Source: the human T2T-CHM13v2.0 reference genome, Homo sapiens
Assembly (NCBI RefSeq): GCF_009914755.1
Contig: NC_060938.1
Strand: one strand, 5' to 3'
Length of the DNA stretch: 64,000 nt
The stretch's first letter is position 1; the number at the start of each line of letters is the position of its first letter. Shown in pieces: positions 41,231 through 56,200 of this stretch. Below the pieces are notes generated by a model. It saw only the letters and a list, made by a program, of their open reading frames with translations. It was not told the DNA's origin and searched no databases. The position numbers and the translations under genes were made by a program.

Positions 41231-44200
41231 CAACATAGGCCTCAGAGCAGTCCAAGTATCCACTTGCAGATTCTACAAAAAGAGTGCTGCAAACCTGCTC
41301 TGACTAAAGGAATGTTCAACTCTTTGAGTTGAATGCACACATCACAAAGTAGTTTCTGTGAATGCTTCTATCTAGTTTCTGTATGAACATATTTCCTTTT
41401 CTACCATAGGCCTCAAAGCGCTCCAAATATCCACCTGCAGATTCTACAAAAAGAGTGTTTCAAAACTGCTCTACCAAAAGGAAGTTTCAACTCTCTGAGT
41501 TTAATGCACACAGCACAAAGAAGTTTCTCTGACTACTTCTGTGTTGTTTTTATTTAAAGATATTTCATTTTCCAACACAGAGCGCAAAGGGCTCCAAATA
41601 TCCACTTGCAGTTTCTTCAAAAGAGAGATTCTAAACTGCCCAATCAAAAGATAGGTTCATCTCTGTGAGTTGAATGCATACATCACAAAGAAGTTTCTCT
41701 GAATGGTTCTGTGTAGTTTTATTTAAAGATAATTCCTTTTCCACCATAGGGCACAATTGGCTCCAAATATCCACTTGTAGATTCTACAAAACCAGAGATT
41801 CAAAACTGCTCATTGAGAAGATAATTTCAACTCAGTGATTTGAATGTACACATCACTAAGAAGTTTCTTAGAAAGCTTCTGTGCAGTTTTTATGGAAGAT
41901 ATTTCCTTTTCCACCATAGGGTGCATAGGGCTCCAAATATCCTCTTGCAGATTCTAGAAAAAGAGAAACTCTAAACTGCTCAATCAACAGATAGGTTCAA
42001 CTCTGTAAGTTGAATGCCCACATCACAAAGAAGTTTCTCAGAATGCTTCTGAGTATTTTTTATGGGAAGATGTTTCCTTTTCCACAATAGGCCTCAAAGT
42101 TCTCCAAATATCGACTTGAAAATTCTACAAAAACGGTGTTTCAAAACTGCTCAATGAAAAGAAAGTTTCAACCCTGTGAGATGAATGCACACATCACAAA
42201 GTAGTTTCTCAGAATGCTTCTGTGTTGTTTTTATGTGAAGATATTTCCTTAACACAATGGGCCTCAGTGGGCTCCAAATATCCACTTCCATATTCTACAA
42301 AAAGAGTGTTTCAAAACTGCTCAATCATGAGATAAATTCATCCCTGTGAGATGAATTCACACGTCACGAAGTAGTTTCTCAGAATGCTTCTCTGTAATTT
42401 TTATGTGAGGATATTTGCTTTTCCACAGTAGGCCTCAAAGGGCTCCAAATATCCACTTGCAGATTCTGCAAAAAGAGAGGTTCAAAACTGCTCAATCAAA
42501 AGATACTTTCAACTCTGTGAGTTGAATGCACACATCACAAAGAAGTTTGTCTGAATGCTTCTGTGTAGTTTTTATTTCAAGATATTTCCTTTTCCACCAT
42601 AGGGCTCAAAGGGCTCCAAATATCCACTTGCAGATTCTACAAAAAGAGAGATTCAAAACTGCTCAAAGAGAAGATAAGATCAACTCTGTGAGTTGAATGC
42701 ACACCTCACAAAGAAGTTTCTCAGAATGCTTCTGTTTAGTTTTTATGTGAACATATTTGATTTTCCACAGTAGGCCTCACAACGGTCAAAATATCCACTT
42801 GCAGATTGTGCAAAAAGAGAGATTCAAAACTGTTCAATCAAAAGATAGGTTCAACTCTGTGAGTTGAATGCATACATCACGAAGAAGTTTCTGAGAATGC
42901 TTCTGTGTAGTTTTTATTTGAAGTTATTTCCTTTTCCACAGTAGGCCTCGAAGGTCTCCAAATATCCACCTGCAGATTCTTCATAAAGAGAGATTCAAAA
43001 CTGCTCAAACAAAAGATAAGTTCACCTCTGTGAGTTGAATGAACACATCACAAAGCAGTTTCTCTGAATGCTTCTATATAGTTTTTATTTGAAGATATTT
43101 CCTTTTCCACCATAGGGTGCAAAGGGCTCCTAATATCCACTTGCAGATTCTACAAAAAGAGAGATTCAAAACTGCTCAATCAAAAGATAGGTTCAACTCT
43201 GTGAGTTGAATGCACACATCACAAAGAAGTTTCTCAGAATCTTTCTTTGTAGTTTTCATGTGAACATATTTGATTTTCCACAGCAGGCCTCAAAAGGCTC
43301 CAAATATCCACCTGCAGATTCTGCAAAAAGAAGTATTCAAAACTGCTCAATCAAAAGATAGGTTCAACACTGTGAGTTGAATGCATACATCAGAAAGAAG
43401 TTTCTCTGAATGATTCTGTGTAGTTCTATTTGAAAATAATTCCTTTTCCACCATAGGGCAAAAAGGGCTCTAAATATCCACTTGCAGAATCTACAAAAAC
43501 AGAGATTCAAAACTGCTCATTGAGAAGATAAGTTCAACTCAGTGGGTTGACTGTACACATCACGAAGAAGTTTCTTAGAATGCTTCTGTGTAGTTTTTAT
43601 TGAAGATATTTCCTTTTCCACCATAGGGCGCAAAGGGCTCCAAATATCCTCTTGCAGATTATAGAAAAAGAGAGACTCTAAACTGCTCAATCAAAAGATA
43701 GGTTCAACTCTGTGAGTTGAATGCCCACATCACAAAGAAGTTTCTCGGAATGCTTCTGAGTAGTTTTTATGTGAAGATGTTTCCTTTTCCACAATAGGCG
43801 GCAAAGTTCTCCAAATATCCACTTGCAGATTCTACAAAAACGGTGTTTCAAAACTGCGCAATGTAAAGAAAGGTTCAACTCAGTGAGATGAATGCACACA
43901 TCACAAAGAAGTTTCTCAGAATCCTTCTGTGTTGTTTTTATGTGAAGATATTTTCTTTACACTGTAGGCCTCAATGGGCTCCAAATATCCACTTCCATAT
44001 TCTACAAAAATAGTGTTTCAAAACTGCTCAATCATGAGATAGATTCAACCCTGTGAGATGAATGCACACGTCACTAAGTAGTTTCTCAGAATGCTTCTGT
44101 GTAATTTTTATGTGAAGATATTTGCTTTTCCACAGTAGGCCTCAAAAGGCTCCAAATATCCACCTGCAGATTTTGCAAAAAGAGAGATTCGAAACTGCTC

Positions 44201-46750
44201 AATCAAAAGGTACGTTCAACTCTGTGAGTTGAATGCATACATCACAAAGAAGTTTGTCTGAATGCTCCTTTGTAGTTTTTATTTCAAGATATTTCCTTTT
44301 GCACCACAGGGCTCAAAGGGCTCAAAATATCCACTTGCAGATTCTACAAAAAGAGAGATTCAAAACTGCTCAATGAGAAGATAAGATCAAATCTGTGAGT
44401 TGAATGCACACCTCACAAAGAAGTTTCCCAGAATGTTTCTGTGTAGTTTTTATGTGAAGATATTTCCTTTTCCACAATAGGCCTCCAAGCTCTCCAAACA
44501 TCCACATACAGGTTCTGCAAAAAGAGAGATTCAAAACTGCTCAATCGAAAGATAGGTTCAACTCTGTGACTTGAATGCACACATCGCAAAGAAGTTTCTC
44601 AGAATCTTTCTGTGTAGTTTTTATGTGAACATATTTGATTTTCCACAGTAAGCCTCAAAAGGCTCCAAATATCCACCTGCAGTTTCTGCAAAAAGAGGGA
44701 TTCAAAACTGCTCAATCAAAAGATAGGATCAACTCTGTGAGTTGAATGTATACATCACAAAGAAGTTTCTCTGAATGGTTCTGTGTAGTTTTATTTGCAG
44801 ATATTTCCTTTTCCACAATAGGGTGAAAGGGCTCCAAACATCCACTTCCAGATTCTACAAAACAGAGATTGAAAACTACTCAATGAGAAGATAAGTTCAT
44901 CTCAGTCAGTTGAATGCACACATCACGAAGAAGTTTCTTAGAATGCTTCTGTGTAGTTTTTATTGAAGATATTTCCTTTTCCACCATAGGGTGCAAAGGG
45001 TTCCAAATATCCACTTGCAGATTCTAGAAAAAGAGTGACTCTAAATTGCTCAATCAAAAGATAGGTTCAACTCTGTGAGTTGAATGCCCATATCACAAAG
45101 AAGTTTCTCGGAATGCTTCTGAGTAGTTTTTATGTGAAGATATTTCCTTTTCCAAAATAGGCCTCAAAGTTCTCCAAATATCCACTTGCAGATTCTACAA
45201 AAAGAGTGTTTCAAAACTGCTCAATCAAAATAAAGGTTCAACTCTGTGAGATGAATGCACACATCACAAAGAAGTTTCTCAGAATGCTTCTGTGTAGTTT
45301 TTATGTGAAGTTATTTCCTTTTCCACCATAGGCCTCAAAGCTCTCCCAACACCCACTTGCAGAACCTGCAAAAAGAGAGATTCAAAACTGCTCAATTGAA
45401 AGACAGGTTGAACTCTGTGAGTTGAATGCATACAGCACAAAGAAGTTTCTCAGAATGCTTCTCTGTAGTTTTTATGTGAACATATTTGATTTTCCACAGT
45501 AGGCCTCACAGCGCTCCAAATATCCACTTGCAGATTCTACAAAAAGAGAGATTCAAAACTGTTCAATCAAAAGATAGGTTCAACTCTGTGAGTTGAATGC
45601 ATACATCATGAAGAAGTTTCTGAGAATGCTTCTGTGTAGTTTTTATTTGAAGATATTTCCTTTTCCACCATAGGCCGCAGAGGGCTCCAAATATCCACTT
45701 GCAGATTCAGCAGAAAGAGTGTTTCAGAACTGCTCAATCAAAAGAAAGTTTCAACTCTATGAGATGAATGCACACATCACAAAGAAGTTTCTCAGAATGC
45801 TTCTGTGTAGTTCTTATTTGAAGATATTTGGTTTTCCACTGTAGACCTCAAAGCGCTCCAAATATCCACTTGAAGATACTACAAAAAGAGTGTTTCAAAA
45901 CTGCTCAATCATAAGCTAAGTTCAACCCTGTGAGATGAATGCACACATCACAAAGCAGTTTCTCTGAGTGATTCTGTGTAGTTTTTGTTTGAAGATATTT
46001 CCTTTTCCACCATAGGGTTCAAAGAGCTCCAAATATCCACTTGGAGATTCTACCAAAAGATAAATTCAAAACTGCTCAATGAGAAGATAAGTTCAACTCT
46101 GTCAGTTGAATGCACACCTCACAAAGTAGTTTCTCACAATGCTTCTGCATAGTTTTTATGTGAAGATATTTGCTTTTCCGCCGTAGGCCTCAAAGGGCTC
46201 AAATATCCACCTTCAGATTGTGCAAAAAGAGAGATTCAAAACTGCTCAATCAAAAGATAGGTTCAACTCTGTGAGTTCAATGCACATATCACAAAGAAGT
46301 TTCTCTGAATGCTTCTGTGTAGTTTTTATTTCAAGATATTTCCTTTTCCACCATAGGGCTCAAAGGTCTTCAAATATCCACTTGCAGATTCTACAAAAAG
46401 AGAGATTGAAAACTCCTCAAAGAGAAGATAATTTCAACTCTGTGAGTTGAATGAACACCTCACAAAGTAGTTTCTCAGAATGCTTCTGTGTAGTTTTTAT
46501 GTGAAGATATTTCCTTTCCCACAATAGGCCTCAAAGCTTTCCAAACATACACTTGTAGTTTCTGCAAAAAGAGAGATTCAGAACTACTCAATCAAAATGT
46601 AGTTTCAATTCTGTGAGTTGAATGCAAACATCACAATGGTGTTTCTCAGAATGCTTCTGAGTAGTTTTTATGTGAAGATATTTCCTTTTCCACAATAGGC
46701 TTCAAAGAACTCCCAATATCCACTTGCAGTTTCCACGAAGAGAGTGTTTC
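41231..46750 (-). repeat. Alpha satellite, A-type-only layer I (SF4-like or older), no CENP-B boxes
   Basis: All monomers carry an A-box (tttccttttccacmatagg). Markers: aagggctccaaatatcc, aagagagattcaaaactgctcaatcaaaagatagg, ttctcagaatgcttctgtgtag. Confidence 0.82.
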
Positions 46751-49700
46751 AAAACTGCTCAATCAAAAGAAAGTTTCAACTCTGTGAGATGAATGCACAC
46801 ATCACAAAGGAGTTTCTCAGGTTGCTTCCTTCTAGATTTTATGTGAAGATATTTCCTTTTCTATCATAGGCCGCAAAGCGCTCCAAATGTCCACTTGCCG
46901 ATTCTACAAAAAGGGTGTTCCCAAACTACACAATCAAAAGAAAGGTTCAACTCTGTTAGATGAGCGTACACATCATAAAAAAGATTCTCAGAATTCTTCT
47001 TTTTTTTTTTGTGAAGATATTTCCTTTTCCAACTTAAGCCTCAAGGTGCTTGAAATGTCCCCTTGCAGATTATCCAAAAAGAGTATTTGAAAACTGGGTC
47101 TCCTAAAGAAAGTTAGAACTCCAGGAGATGAATGCAGACATCACAGAGAACTTTCTCAGAATGCTTCTATCTACTTTTTATGTGAAGATATTTCCTTCTC
47201 CACCACAGGCCTCAAAGTACTGACAAATGTCCACTTGCAGATTCTACAAAAAGAGAGTTTCCAATCTGCTCAACCAAAAGAAAGGTTTAACTCTGTGAGA
47301 TTAATGCACGCATCACAAAGAAGTTTCTCAGATTGCTTCTGTCTAGATTTTATGTGAAGATATTTCCTTTTCTACCATTGGCCACAAAGAGTTCCAAATG
47401 TCCACTTGCAGATTCTACAAAAAGAGTGTTTCCAAACTACTCAATCAAAAGAAACGTTCAACTCTGTGAGATGAACACACTCGTCACAAAGAAGTTTCTC
47501 AGAATTCTTCTGTCTAATTTTTATGTGAAGATATTTCCTGTTCCACCATAGGCCTCAAGACGCTCTAAATGTCCACTTGCAGATTCTACAAAAAGAGAGT
47601 TTCAAAACTGCTCAATCAAAAGAAACGGTTATCTCTGTGAGATGAATGCATATATCACAAACAAGTTTCTCATATTGCTTCTGTCTAGATTTTATGTGAA
47701 GATATTTACTTTTCTACCATAGACCACAAAGTGCTCCAAATGTCCACTTGCAGACTCTACAAGAAAGAGTGGTACCAAACTGCTCAACCAAAAGAACGGT
47801 TCCACTCTGTGAGAAGAACGCACACATCAAAAAGAAGTTTGTCAGAATTATTCTTTCTAGTTTTTATGTGAGGATATTTCCTTTTCCACCATAGGCCTCA
47901 AAGCGTTCCAAATGTCCACTTGCAGATTCTACAAAAAGAGAGTTTCAAAACTGCTGAATCAAAAGAAAGTTTAAACTCTGTGAGATGAATGCACCCATCA
48001 CTAAGAAGTTTCTCCGATTGCTTCTCTCTAGATTTTATGTGAAGGTATTACTTTTTCTACCATAGGTCGCAAAGTGCTTCAAATGTCCATTTGCAGATTC
48101 TACAAAAAAGAGTGTTTCCAAACTGCTCAATCAAAAGAAAGGTTCAAGTCTGTGAGATGAAAGCACACATTCCCAAGAAGTTTGTCAGAATTCTTCTGTC
48201 TAGTTTTTATGTGAAGATATTACCTTTTCCACCACAGTCCTCAAAGCGCTCCAAATGTCCACTTGCAGATTCTACGAAAAGAGAGTTTCAAAACCGTTCA
48301 ATCAAAAGAAAGGTTTACTCTGTGAGATGAATGCACACACCACAAAGAGGTTTGTCAGATTGCTTTTATCTAGATTTTATGTGAAGATATTTTCTTTTCT
48401 ACCATAGACCACAAAGCGCTCCAAATGTCCAGTTGCAAATTCCACAAAAAGAGTTTTTCCAAACTGCTTAATCATAAGAAAGGTTCAACTCTGTGAGATA
48501 AACGCATGCATCTCAAAGAAGCTTCTCCAAATTCTTCTGTGTAGTTTTGATGTGAAAATATTTCCTTTTCCTCCACAGGCCTCAAAGCGCTCCAAATGTT
48601 AACTTGCAGATTCTACAAAAAGAGAGATTCAAAACTGCTCAATCAAAACAAAGGCTTAACTCTGTGAGATCAGTGCACACATCACAAAGAAGTTTCTAAA
48701 AATGCTTCTGTCTAGTTTCTATGTGAAGATATTTCCTTTTCCACCATAAGCCTCAAAGCACTCCAAATGTCCACTTCCACATTCAACAAAAAGAGAGTTT
48801 CAAAACTGCTCAATCAGAAGTAAGAGTTAACCCTGTGAGATGAATGCACACATCCCAAGGAAGTTTCTCACATTGCTTTTGTCTAGATTTTATGTGAGGA
48901 TATTTCCTTTTCTAACATAGGCTGCAAAGTGCTTCAAATGCCTACTTACAGAATCTACAAAAAGAGTGCTTCCATAATTCTTAATCAAAAGAAAGGTTCA
49001 ACTCTGTGAGATGAATGCACACATCACAAAGAAGTTTCTCAGAATTCTTCTCTCTAGTTTTTAGGTGAAGATATTTCCTTTTCCACCATAGGCCTCAAAG
49101 CACTCCAAATGTTCACTTGCAGATTCTACAAAAAAAGAGTTTCAAAACTGCTCAATCAAAAGATTGCTTTAACTCTGTGAGATGAACGCACACATCACAA
49201 AGAGGTTTCTCACATTGGTTCTGTCTAGATTTTATGTGAAGATATTTCCTTTTATAACATAGGCAACAAAGCACTCTAATAGTCCACTTGCAGATTCTAC
49301 AAAAAGAGTGTCTGCAAACTGCTCAATCAAAAGGAAGTTTTAACTCTGTGAGAAGAACGCACACATCACAAAGAAGTTTCTCAGAATTCTTCTGTCTAGT
49401 TTTTATGTGAAGATATTTCCTTTCCCACTGTAGGCCTCAAAGCACTCAAAATGTCCACTTGCAGATTCTACAAAAAGAGAACTTCAAAACTACTCAACCA
49501 AAAGAAAGGTTTAACTCTCTGAGATGAATGCACACATCACAAAGAAGTTTCTGAGATTTCTTCTGTCTAGATTTTATGTGAAGATATTTCCTTTTCTACC
49601 ATAGGCAACAAAGCACTCCAATAGTCCACTTGCAGATTCTACAAAAAGAATGTTTCTAAACTGCCCAATCAAAAGGAAGGTTCAACTTTGTGAGATAAAC

Positions 49701-50200
49701 GCATACATCACAAAGGAGATTCTCAGAATTCTTCTGTCAAGTTTTTATGTGAAGATATTTCCTTTTCCACCATAGGCCTCAAAACGATCCAAATGTCCAC
49801 TTGCAAATTCTACAAGAACAGTGTTTCAAAACTGCTCAGTCAAAAGAAAGTTTGAACTCTGTGAGATGAATGCACACATGCCAAAGGAGTTTCTCAGATT
49901 CCTTCTGTCTAGATTTTTTTTGAAGATATTACCTTTTCTACCATAGTCCACATAGTGCTACAAATGTCCACTTGCAGAATCTCCAAAAAGAGTGTTTCCA
50001 AACTGCTGAATCAAAAGAAAGTTTCAACTATTTGAGTTGAAGTCACACATCACAAAGAAGATTCTGAGAATACTTCTGTCTAGTTTTTATGTGAAGATAT
50101 TTCCTTTTCCATTATAGGCCCAAAAGCGCTACAAATGTCCACTAGCGGATTCTACAAAAAGAATGTTTCAGAACTTCTCAATCAAAAGAAAGGTTTAACT
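46751..50200 (-). repeat. Alpha satellite, A-type-only layer II with quasi-dimeric alternation
   Basis: ctgtgagatgaa throughout. cagattgcttctgtctagatttt...ttctaccatagg monomers alternate with cagaattcttctgtctagttttt...ttccaccatagg monomers. Confidence 0.82.
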
Positions 50201-53200
50201 CTGTGAGTTGAATGTACACATCACAAAGAAGTTTCTGAAAATGCTGCTGTCTAGATTTTATGTGAAGATATTCCCGTTTCCAAGGAGGGCCTCAAGGGGT
50301 ACCTAATATCCACTTGCAGATTCTACTAAAGGAGTGTTTCAAAACGAATCTATGATAAGGTATGTTCCACTCTGTGAGTTGAAGGCAAACATCAAAAAGA
50401 AGTTTCTGAGAATGCTTCTCTCTAGTTTAGATGGGAAGATATTTCCTTTTCCACTATAGGCCTCAAAGTGTTCCAAGTGTCCACTTGCAGATTCTACAAA
50501 AAGAGTGTTTCAAAACTGCTCTATCAAAAGAAAGTTTCAACTCTGTGAAGTGAATGCACACATTACAAACAAGTTTCTGAGAATGCTTCTGTCTAGTTTT
50601 TATGTGAAGATATTCCCGTTTCCAATGAAGGCCTCAAAGCAGTCCAAATATCCACTAGCATATTCTACAAAAAGAGTGTTTCAAAGCTTCCCCATGAAAA
50701 TGAATATTCAACTCTGTGAGTAGAATGTAGATATTACAAAGAAGTTTCTGAGAATGCTTCTGTCTAGTTTCTATGTGAAGATATTTCCTTTTCCACCATA
50801 AGCCTCAAAGCGCTCTAAATGTCCACTTCCACATTCAACAAAAAGAGAGTTTCAAAACTGCTGTATCAAAAGAAAGGTTCAACTCGGTGAGTTGCATGCA
50901 AACATCACAAAGAAGTTTCTGAGAATGCTTCTGTCTAGATTTTATGTGAAGATATTTCCTTTTCTAAGTTAGGCTGCAAAGCGCTTCAAATGTCCACTTA
51001 CAGAATCTACAAAAAGAGTTTTTCCATAATTCTCAATCAAAAGAAAGGTTCAACTCTGTGAGATGAACGCACACATCACAAAGAAGTTTCTCAGAATTCT
51101 TCTCCCTAGTTTTTATGTGAAGATATTTCCTTTTCCACCATAGGCCTCAAAGCACTCCAAATGTCCACTTGCAGATTCTACAAAAAAGAGGATCAAAACT
51201 GCTCGATCAAAAGAAAGGTTAAACTCTGTGAGGTGAATACATACATCACAAAGAGGTTTCTCACATTGGTTCTGTCTAGATTTTATGTGAAGATATTTCC
51301 TTTATAACATAAGTCGCAAAGGGCTCCTAATGCCCACTTGTAGATTCTACAAAAAGAGTGTCTGTAAACTGCTCAATCAAAAGGAAGTTTCAACTCTGTG
51401 AGAAGAACGCACACATCACAAAGAAGTTTCTCAGAATTCTTCTGTCTAGTTTTTATGTGAAGATATTTCCTTTTCCACCACAGGCCTCAAAGCGCTCCAA
51501 ATGTCCATTTGCACATTCTACAAAAAGAGTGTTTCAAACAGCTCTTTGAAAAGAAAGTTTCAACTCTGTGAGTTGAATGCACTCATCACAAAGAAGATTA
51601 TGAGAATGCTTCTGTTGAATGTTTATGTGAAGATATTCCCATTTCCAACGAAGGTCTCAAAGCAGTACAAATATCCACTTGCAGATTCTACTAAAAGAGT
51701 GTTTCAAAACTGCTCTATGATAAAGTATGTCCAATTCTGTGAGTTGAATGCAAACATCACAAATAATTTCTGAGAATTATTCTGTTTAGTTTTTATGTGA
51801 AGACATTTCCTTTTCAACCATAGGCCTCAAAGCGCTTCAAATGTCCACTTGTAGATTCTGCAAAAAGAGTGTTTCAAAACTGCTCTATCAAAAGAAAGTT
51901 TCATCTCTGTGAGTTGAATGCACACATCATACAGAAGTTTCTGAGAATGCTGCTGTCTAGTTTTTATGTGAAGATATTCCCGTTTGCAATGAAGGCCTCA
52001 AAGCGTTCCAAATATTCACTTGCAGATTCTACTAAAAGAGTGTTTCAAAACTGCTCTATAAGATATCTCCAACTCTGTGAGTTGAAGGCAAACATCACAA
52101 AGAAGTTTCTGAATGCTTCTCTCTAGTTTTTATGGGAAGATATTTCTTTTTCCACCATAGGCCTCAAAGTGCTCCAAATGTCCAATGCAGATGCTACAGA
52201 AAGAGTGCCTCAAACCTGCTCTATCAAAAGAAAGCTTCAACTCTGTCAGTTGAATGCACACATCAGAAAGAAGATTCTGAGAATGCTTCTGACTAGTTTT
52301 TATGTGAAGATATTTCCTTTTCCACCATAGGCCCCAAAGCGTTCCAAATGTCCACTTGCAGATTCTGCAAAAAGAGTGTTTCAAACCTGCTCTATCAAAA
52401 GAAAGGTTCAACTCTGTGAGTTGAATGCACACATCACAAACAAGTTACTGAGAATGCTTCTGTCTAGTTTTTATGTAGTGATATTCCTGTTTCCAACGAA
52501 GGCCTCAAAGCAGTCCAAATATACACAAGCAGATTCTACAAAAAAAGTGTTTCAAAATTCCTCCATGAAAAGGTATGTTCAACTGTGTGAGTTGAATGCA
52601 AACATCACAAAGAAGTTTCTGATATTGCTTATGTCTAGTTTTTATGTGAAGATACCTCATTTTCCACATAGGCCTCAAAGCTCTCCAAATGTCCACTTTC
52701 AAATTCTCCAAAAAGAGTGTTTCAAACCTGCTCTATCAAAAGAAAGGTTCAACTCTGTGAGTTGAATGCACATATCACAAAGAAGTTTCTGAGAATGCTT
52801 CTGTCTAGGTTTCATGTGAAGGTATTTCTTTTTCCACCATAAGCCTCAAAGTTCAGAAATGTCCACTTGCAGATTCTACAAAAAGAGTGTTTCAAAACTG
52901 CCCTATCAAAAGAAATGTTCAACTCTGTGAGTTGAATGCACACATCAAAAAGAAGTTTCTGAGAATGTTTCTGTCTAGTTTTTATATGAAGATATTCCCG
53001 TTTCCAATGAATGCTTCAAAACAGTCCAAATATCCACTAGCGGATTCTACAAAAAGAGTGTTTCAAAACTGCTCTATGATAAATTATGTTCAACTCTGTG
53101 AGTAGTTGAATGCAAACATCACAAAGAAGTTTCTGAGAATGCTTCTGTCCAGTGTTTATGTGAAGATATACCCAATTCCAACAAAGGCCTCAAAGCTCTC

Positions 53201-56200
53201 CAAATTTCCACTTGCAGGATCTACAAAAAGAGCGTTTCAAAACTGCTCTATGAAGTGGTATGTTCAACTCTGTGAGTTGAATGCAAACATCACAAAGAAA
53301 TTTCTGAGAATACTTCTGTCTAGTTTTTATGGGAAGATATTTCCTTTTCCACCATAGGCCACAAAGCGCTCCAAATGTCCACCTGCAGATTCTACAAAAA
53401 GAGTGTTTCAAACCTGCTCTATCAAAAGAAAGGTTCAACTCTGTGAGTTAAAGGCACACATCACAAAGAAGTTTGTGAGAATGCTTCTGTCTAGTGTTTA
53501 TGTGAAGATATTGCCGTTTCAAACGAAGGTCTCAAAGCAGTACAAATATCCACTTGCAGATACTACAAAAAGAGTGTTTCATAATTGATCCATCAAAAGA
53601 AATTTTCACCTCTGTTAGTTGAATGTACACATCACAAAAAGTTTCTCAGAATGCTGCTGTTTAGTTTTTATGTGAAGATATTCCCATTTCCAGCGAAGGC
53701 CTCAATGCGGTCCAAATATCCACTTGCAGATTCTTCTAAAAGAGTGTTTCAAAACTGCTCTATCAAAAGAAAGGTTCAACTCGGTGAGCTGAATGTACAC
53801 ATCACAAACAAGTTTCTGAGAATGATGCTGTCTAGTTTTTATTTGAAGATATCCCAGTTTCCAACGAAGGCCTCAAGGCATTCCAAATATCCACTTGCAG
53901 ATTCTACTAAAAGAATGTTTCAAAACAGCTCTATGATAAGATATGTTCAACTCTGTGAGTTGAATGCAAGCAACCCAAAGAAGTTTCTGAGAAAGTTTCC
54001 AGCTAATTTTTATGGGAAGATATTTCCTTTTCCACCATAGGTCTCAAAACACTTTAAATGTCCAGTTACAGATTGTACAAAAAGTGTGTTTCAAACCTGC
54101 TCTATAAAAAGTAAGGTTCAACTCTGTGATTTTAATGCACACAGCACAAAGAAGTTTCAGAGAACCCTTGTCTAGTGATTATGTGAAGATATTCCCGTTT
54201 CCATCGAATGCCTCAAAGTGGTCCAAATATCCCCTTCAGATTCTACTAAAGGAGTGTATCAAAAGTGATCTATGGAAAGGAAGTTTCTACTCTGTGAATT
54301 GAATGCAAATATCAAAAAGAAGTTTCTGAGAGTGCTTCTGTCTAGTTTTTAAGTGAAGATATTTCCTTTTCCACCATAGGCCACAAAGCTCTCCAAATGT
54401 CCACTTGGAGATTCTACAAAATGAAAGTTTCAAACCTGCTCTATCAAAAGAAAGGTTCAGCTCTGTGAGTTGAATACACACATCACAAAGTTTCTGAGAA
54501 TACCTCTGTCTAGTACTTATGTGAAGATATTCCCGTTTCCAACGAAGGCCTCAAAGCGGTCCAAATATCCACTTGCAGATTCTACAAAGAATGTTTCAAA
54601 AGGCTCTATGAAATGGTATGTTCAACTCTGTGAGTGGAATGCGAACATCACAAAGAAAATTCTGAGAATTCTTCTGTCTCATTTTTATATAAAGATATTT
54701 CCTTTTCTACAATAGGCCTCAAAGCTCTCCAAATGTCCACTTGCAGATTCTACAAAAAGAGTGTTTCAATCCTGCTCTATCAAAAGAAAGGTTCATCTCT
54801 GTGAGTGGAATGCACACATCACAAAGAAGTTTCTGAGAATACTTCTGTCTAGTGTTTATGTGAATATCTTCCGGCTTCCAACGAAGGCTTTAAAGCGGTC
54901 CAAATATCCTCCTGCCGATACTAAAAAAAGAGTGTTTCAAACCTGCCCTATCAAAAGAAAGGTTCAACTCTGTGCATTGAATGTACACATCACAAAGAAG
55001 TTTCTGAGAATGCTCCTGTCTAGTTTTTATGTGAAGATATTCTCGTTTCCAACGAAGGCCTGAAAGCATTACAAATATCCACTTGCAGATTTTACTAAAG
55101 AGTGTTTCAAAACTGCTCTATGATAAAGTATTTTCAACTCTGTGAGTTGAAGGCAAACATTGCAAATGAGTTTCTGAGAATGCTTCAGTCTAGTTTTTAT
55201 GGGAAGATATTTCCTTTTCCACCGTAGGCCTGAAAGCGCTCAAAATGTCCACTTGCAGATTCTGCAAAAAGAGTGTTTCAAACCTGCTCTATCAAAAGAA
55301 AGCTTCAAGTCTGTGAGTTGAATGTACACATCACAAGGAAGTTTCTGATAATGCTTCTGTCTAGTGTTTACGTGAAGATATAACCGATTCCAACGAAGGC
55401 CTCAAAGCTCTCCAAATTTCCACTTGCAGTTTCTGCAAAAAGAGTGTTTCAAAACTGCTCTATGAAATGGTATGTTCAACACTGTGAGTTGAATACAAAC
55501 ATCACAAAGAAGTTTCTGAGAATCCTTCTGTCTAGTTTCTATGGGAAGATATTTCCTTTTCCACCTTAGGCCTCTAAAGCGCTCCAAATGTCCATTTGCA
55601 GATTCTATAAAAAGAGTGCTTCAAATCTGCTCTCTCAAAAGAAAGTTTCAGCTCTGTGAGTTGAAGGGACACATCACAAACAAGTTTGTGAGGATGCTTC
55701 TCTCTAGTGTTTATGTGAATATATTTCCGTTTCAAATGAAGGCCTCAAAGCAGTAAAAATATCCACTTGCAAATTCTCCAAAAGACTGTTTCAAAACTGC
55801 TCTATCAAAAGAAAGGTTCAACTCTGTGAGTTGAATGTACATATCGCAAAGAAGTTAATGAGAATGCTGCTGTCTAGTTTTTATGTAAAGATATTCCCGT
55901 TTCCAACGAAGGCCTCAAAGCGGTCCAAATATCCACTTACAGTTTCTACAAAAAGAGTGTTTCAAAACTGCTTTATCATAAGGTATGTTCAACTCTGTGA
56001 GTTGAATGCAAACATTGCAAAGAAGTTTCTGAGAATACTTCTGTCTAGTTTTTATGTGAACATATTTCCTTTTCCACCATAGGCTCCAAAGTGCTCCAAA
56101 GGTTCACTTACGGATTCTACAAAAACAGTGTTTCAAACCTGCTCTGTCAAAAGAAAGGTTCAACACTGTGAGTTGAATGCACACAACACAAAGAAGTTTC

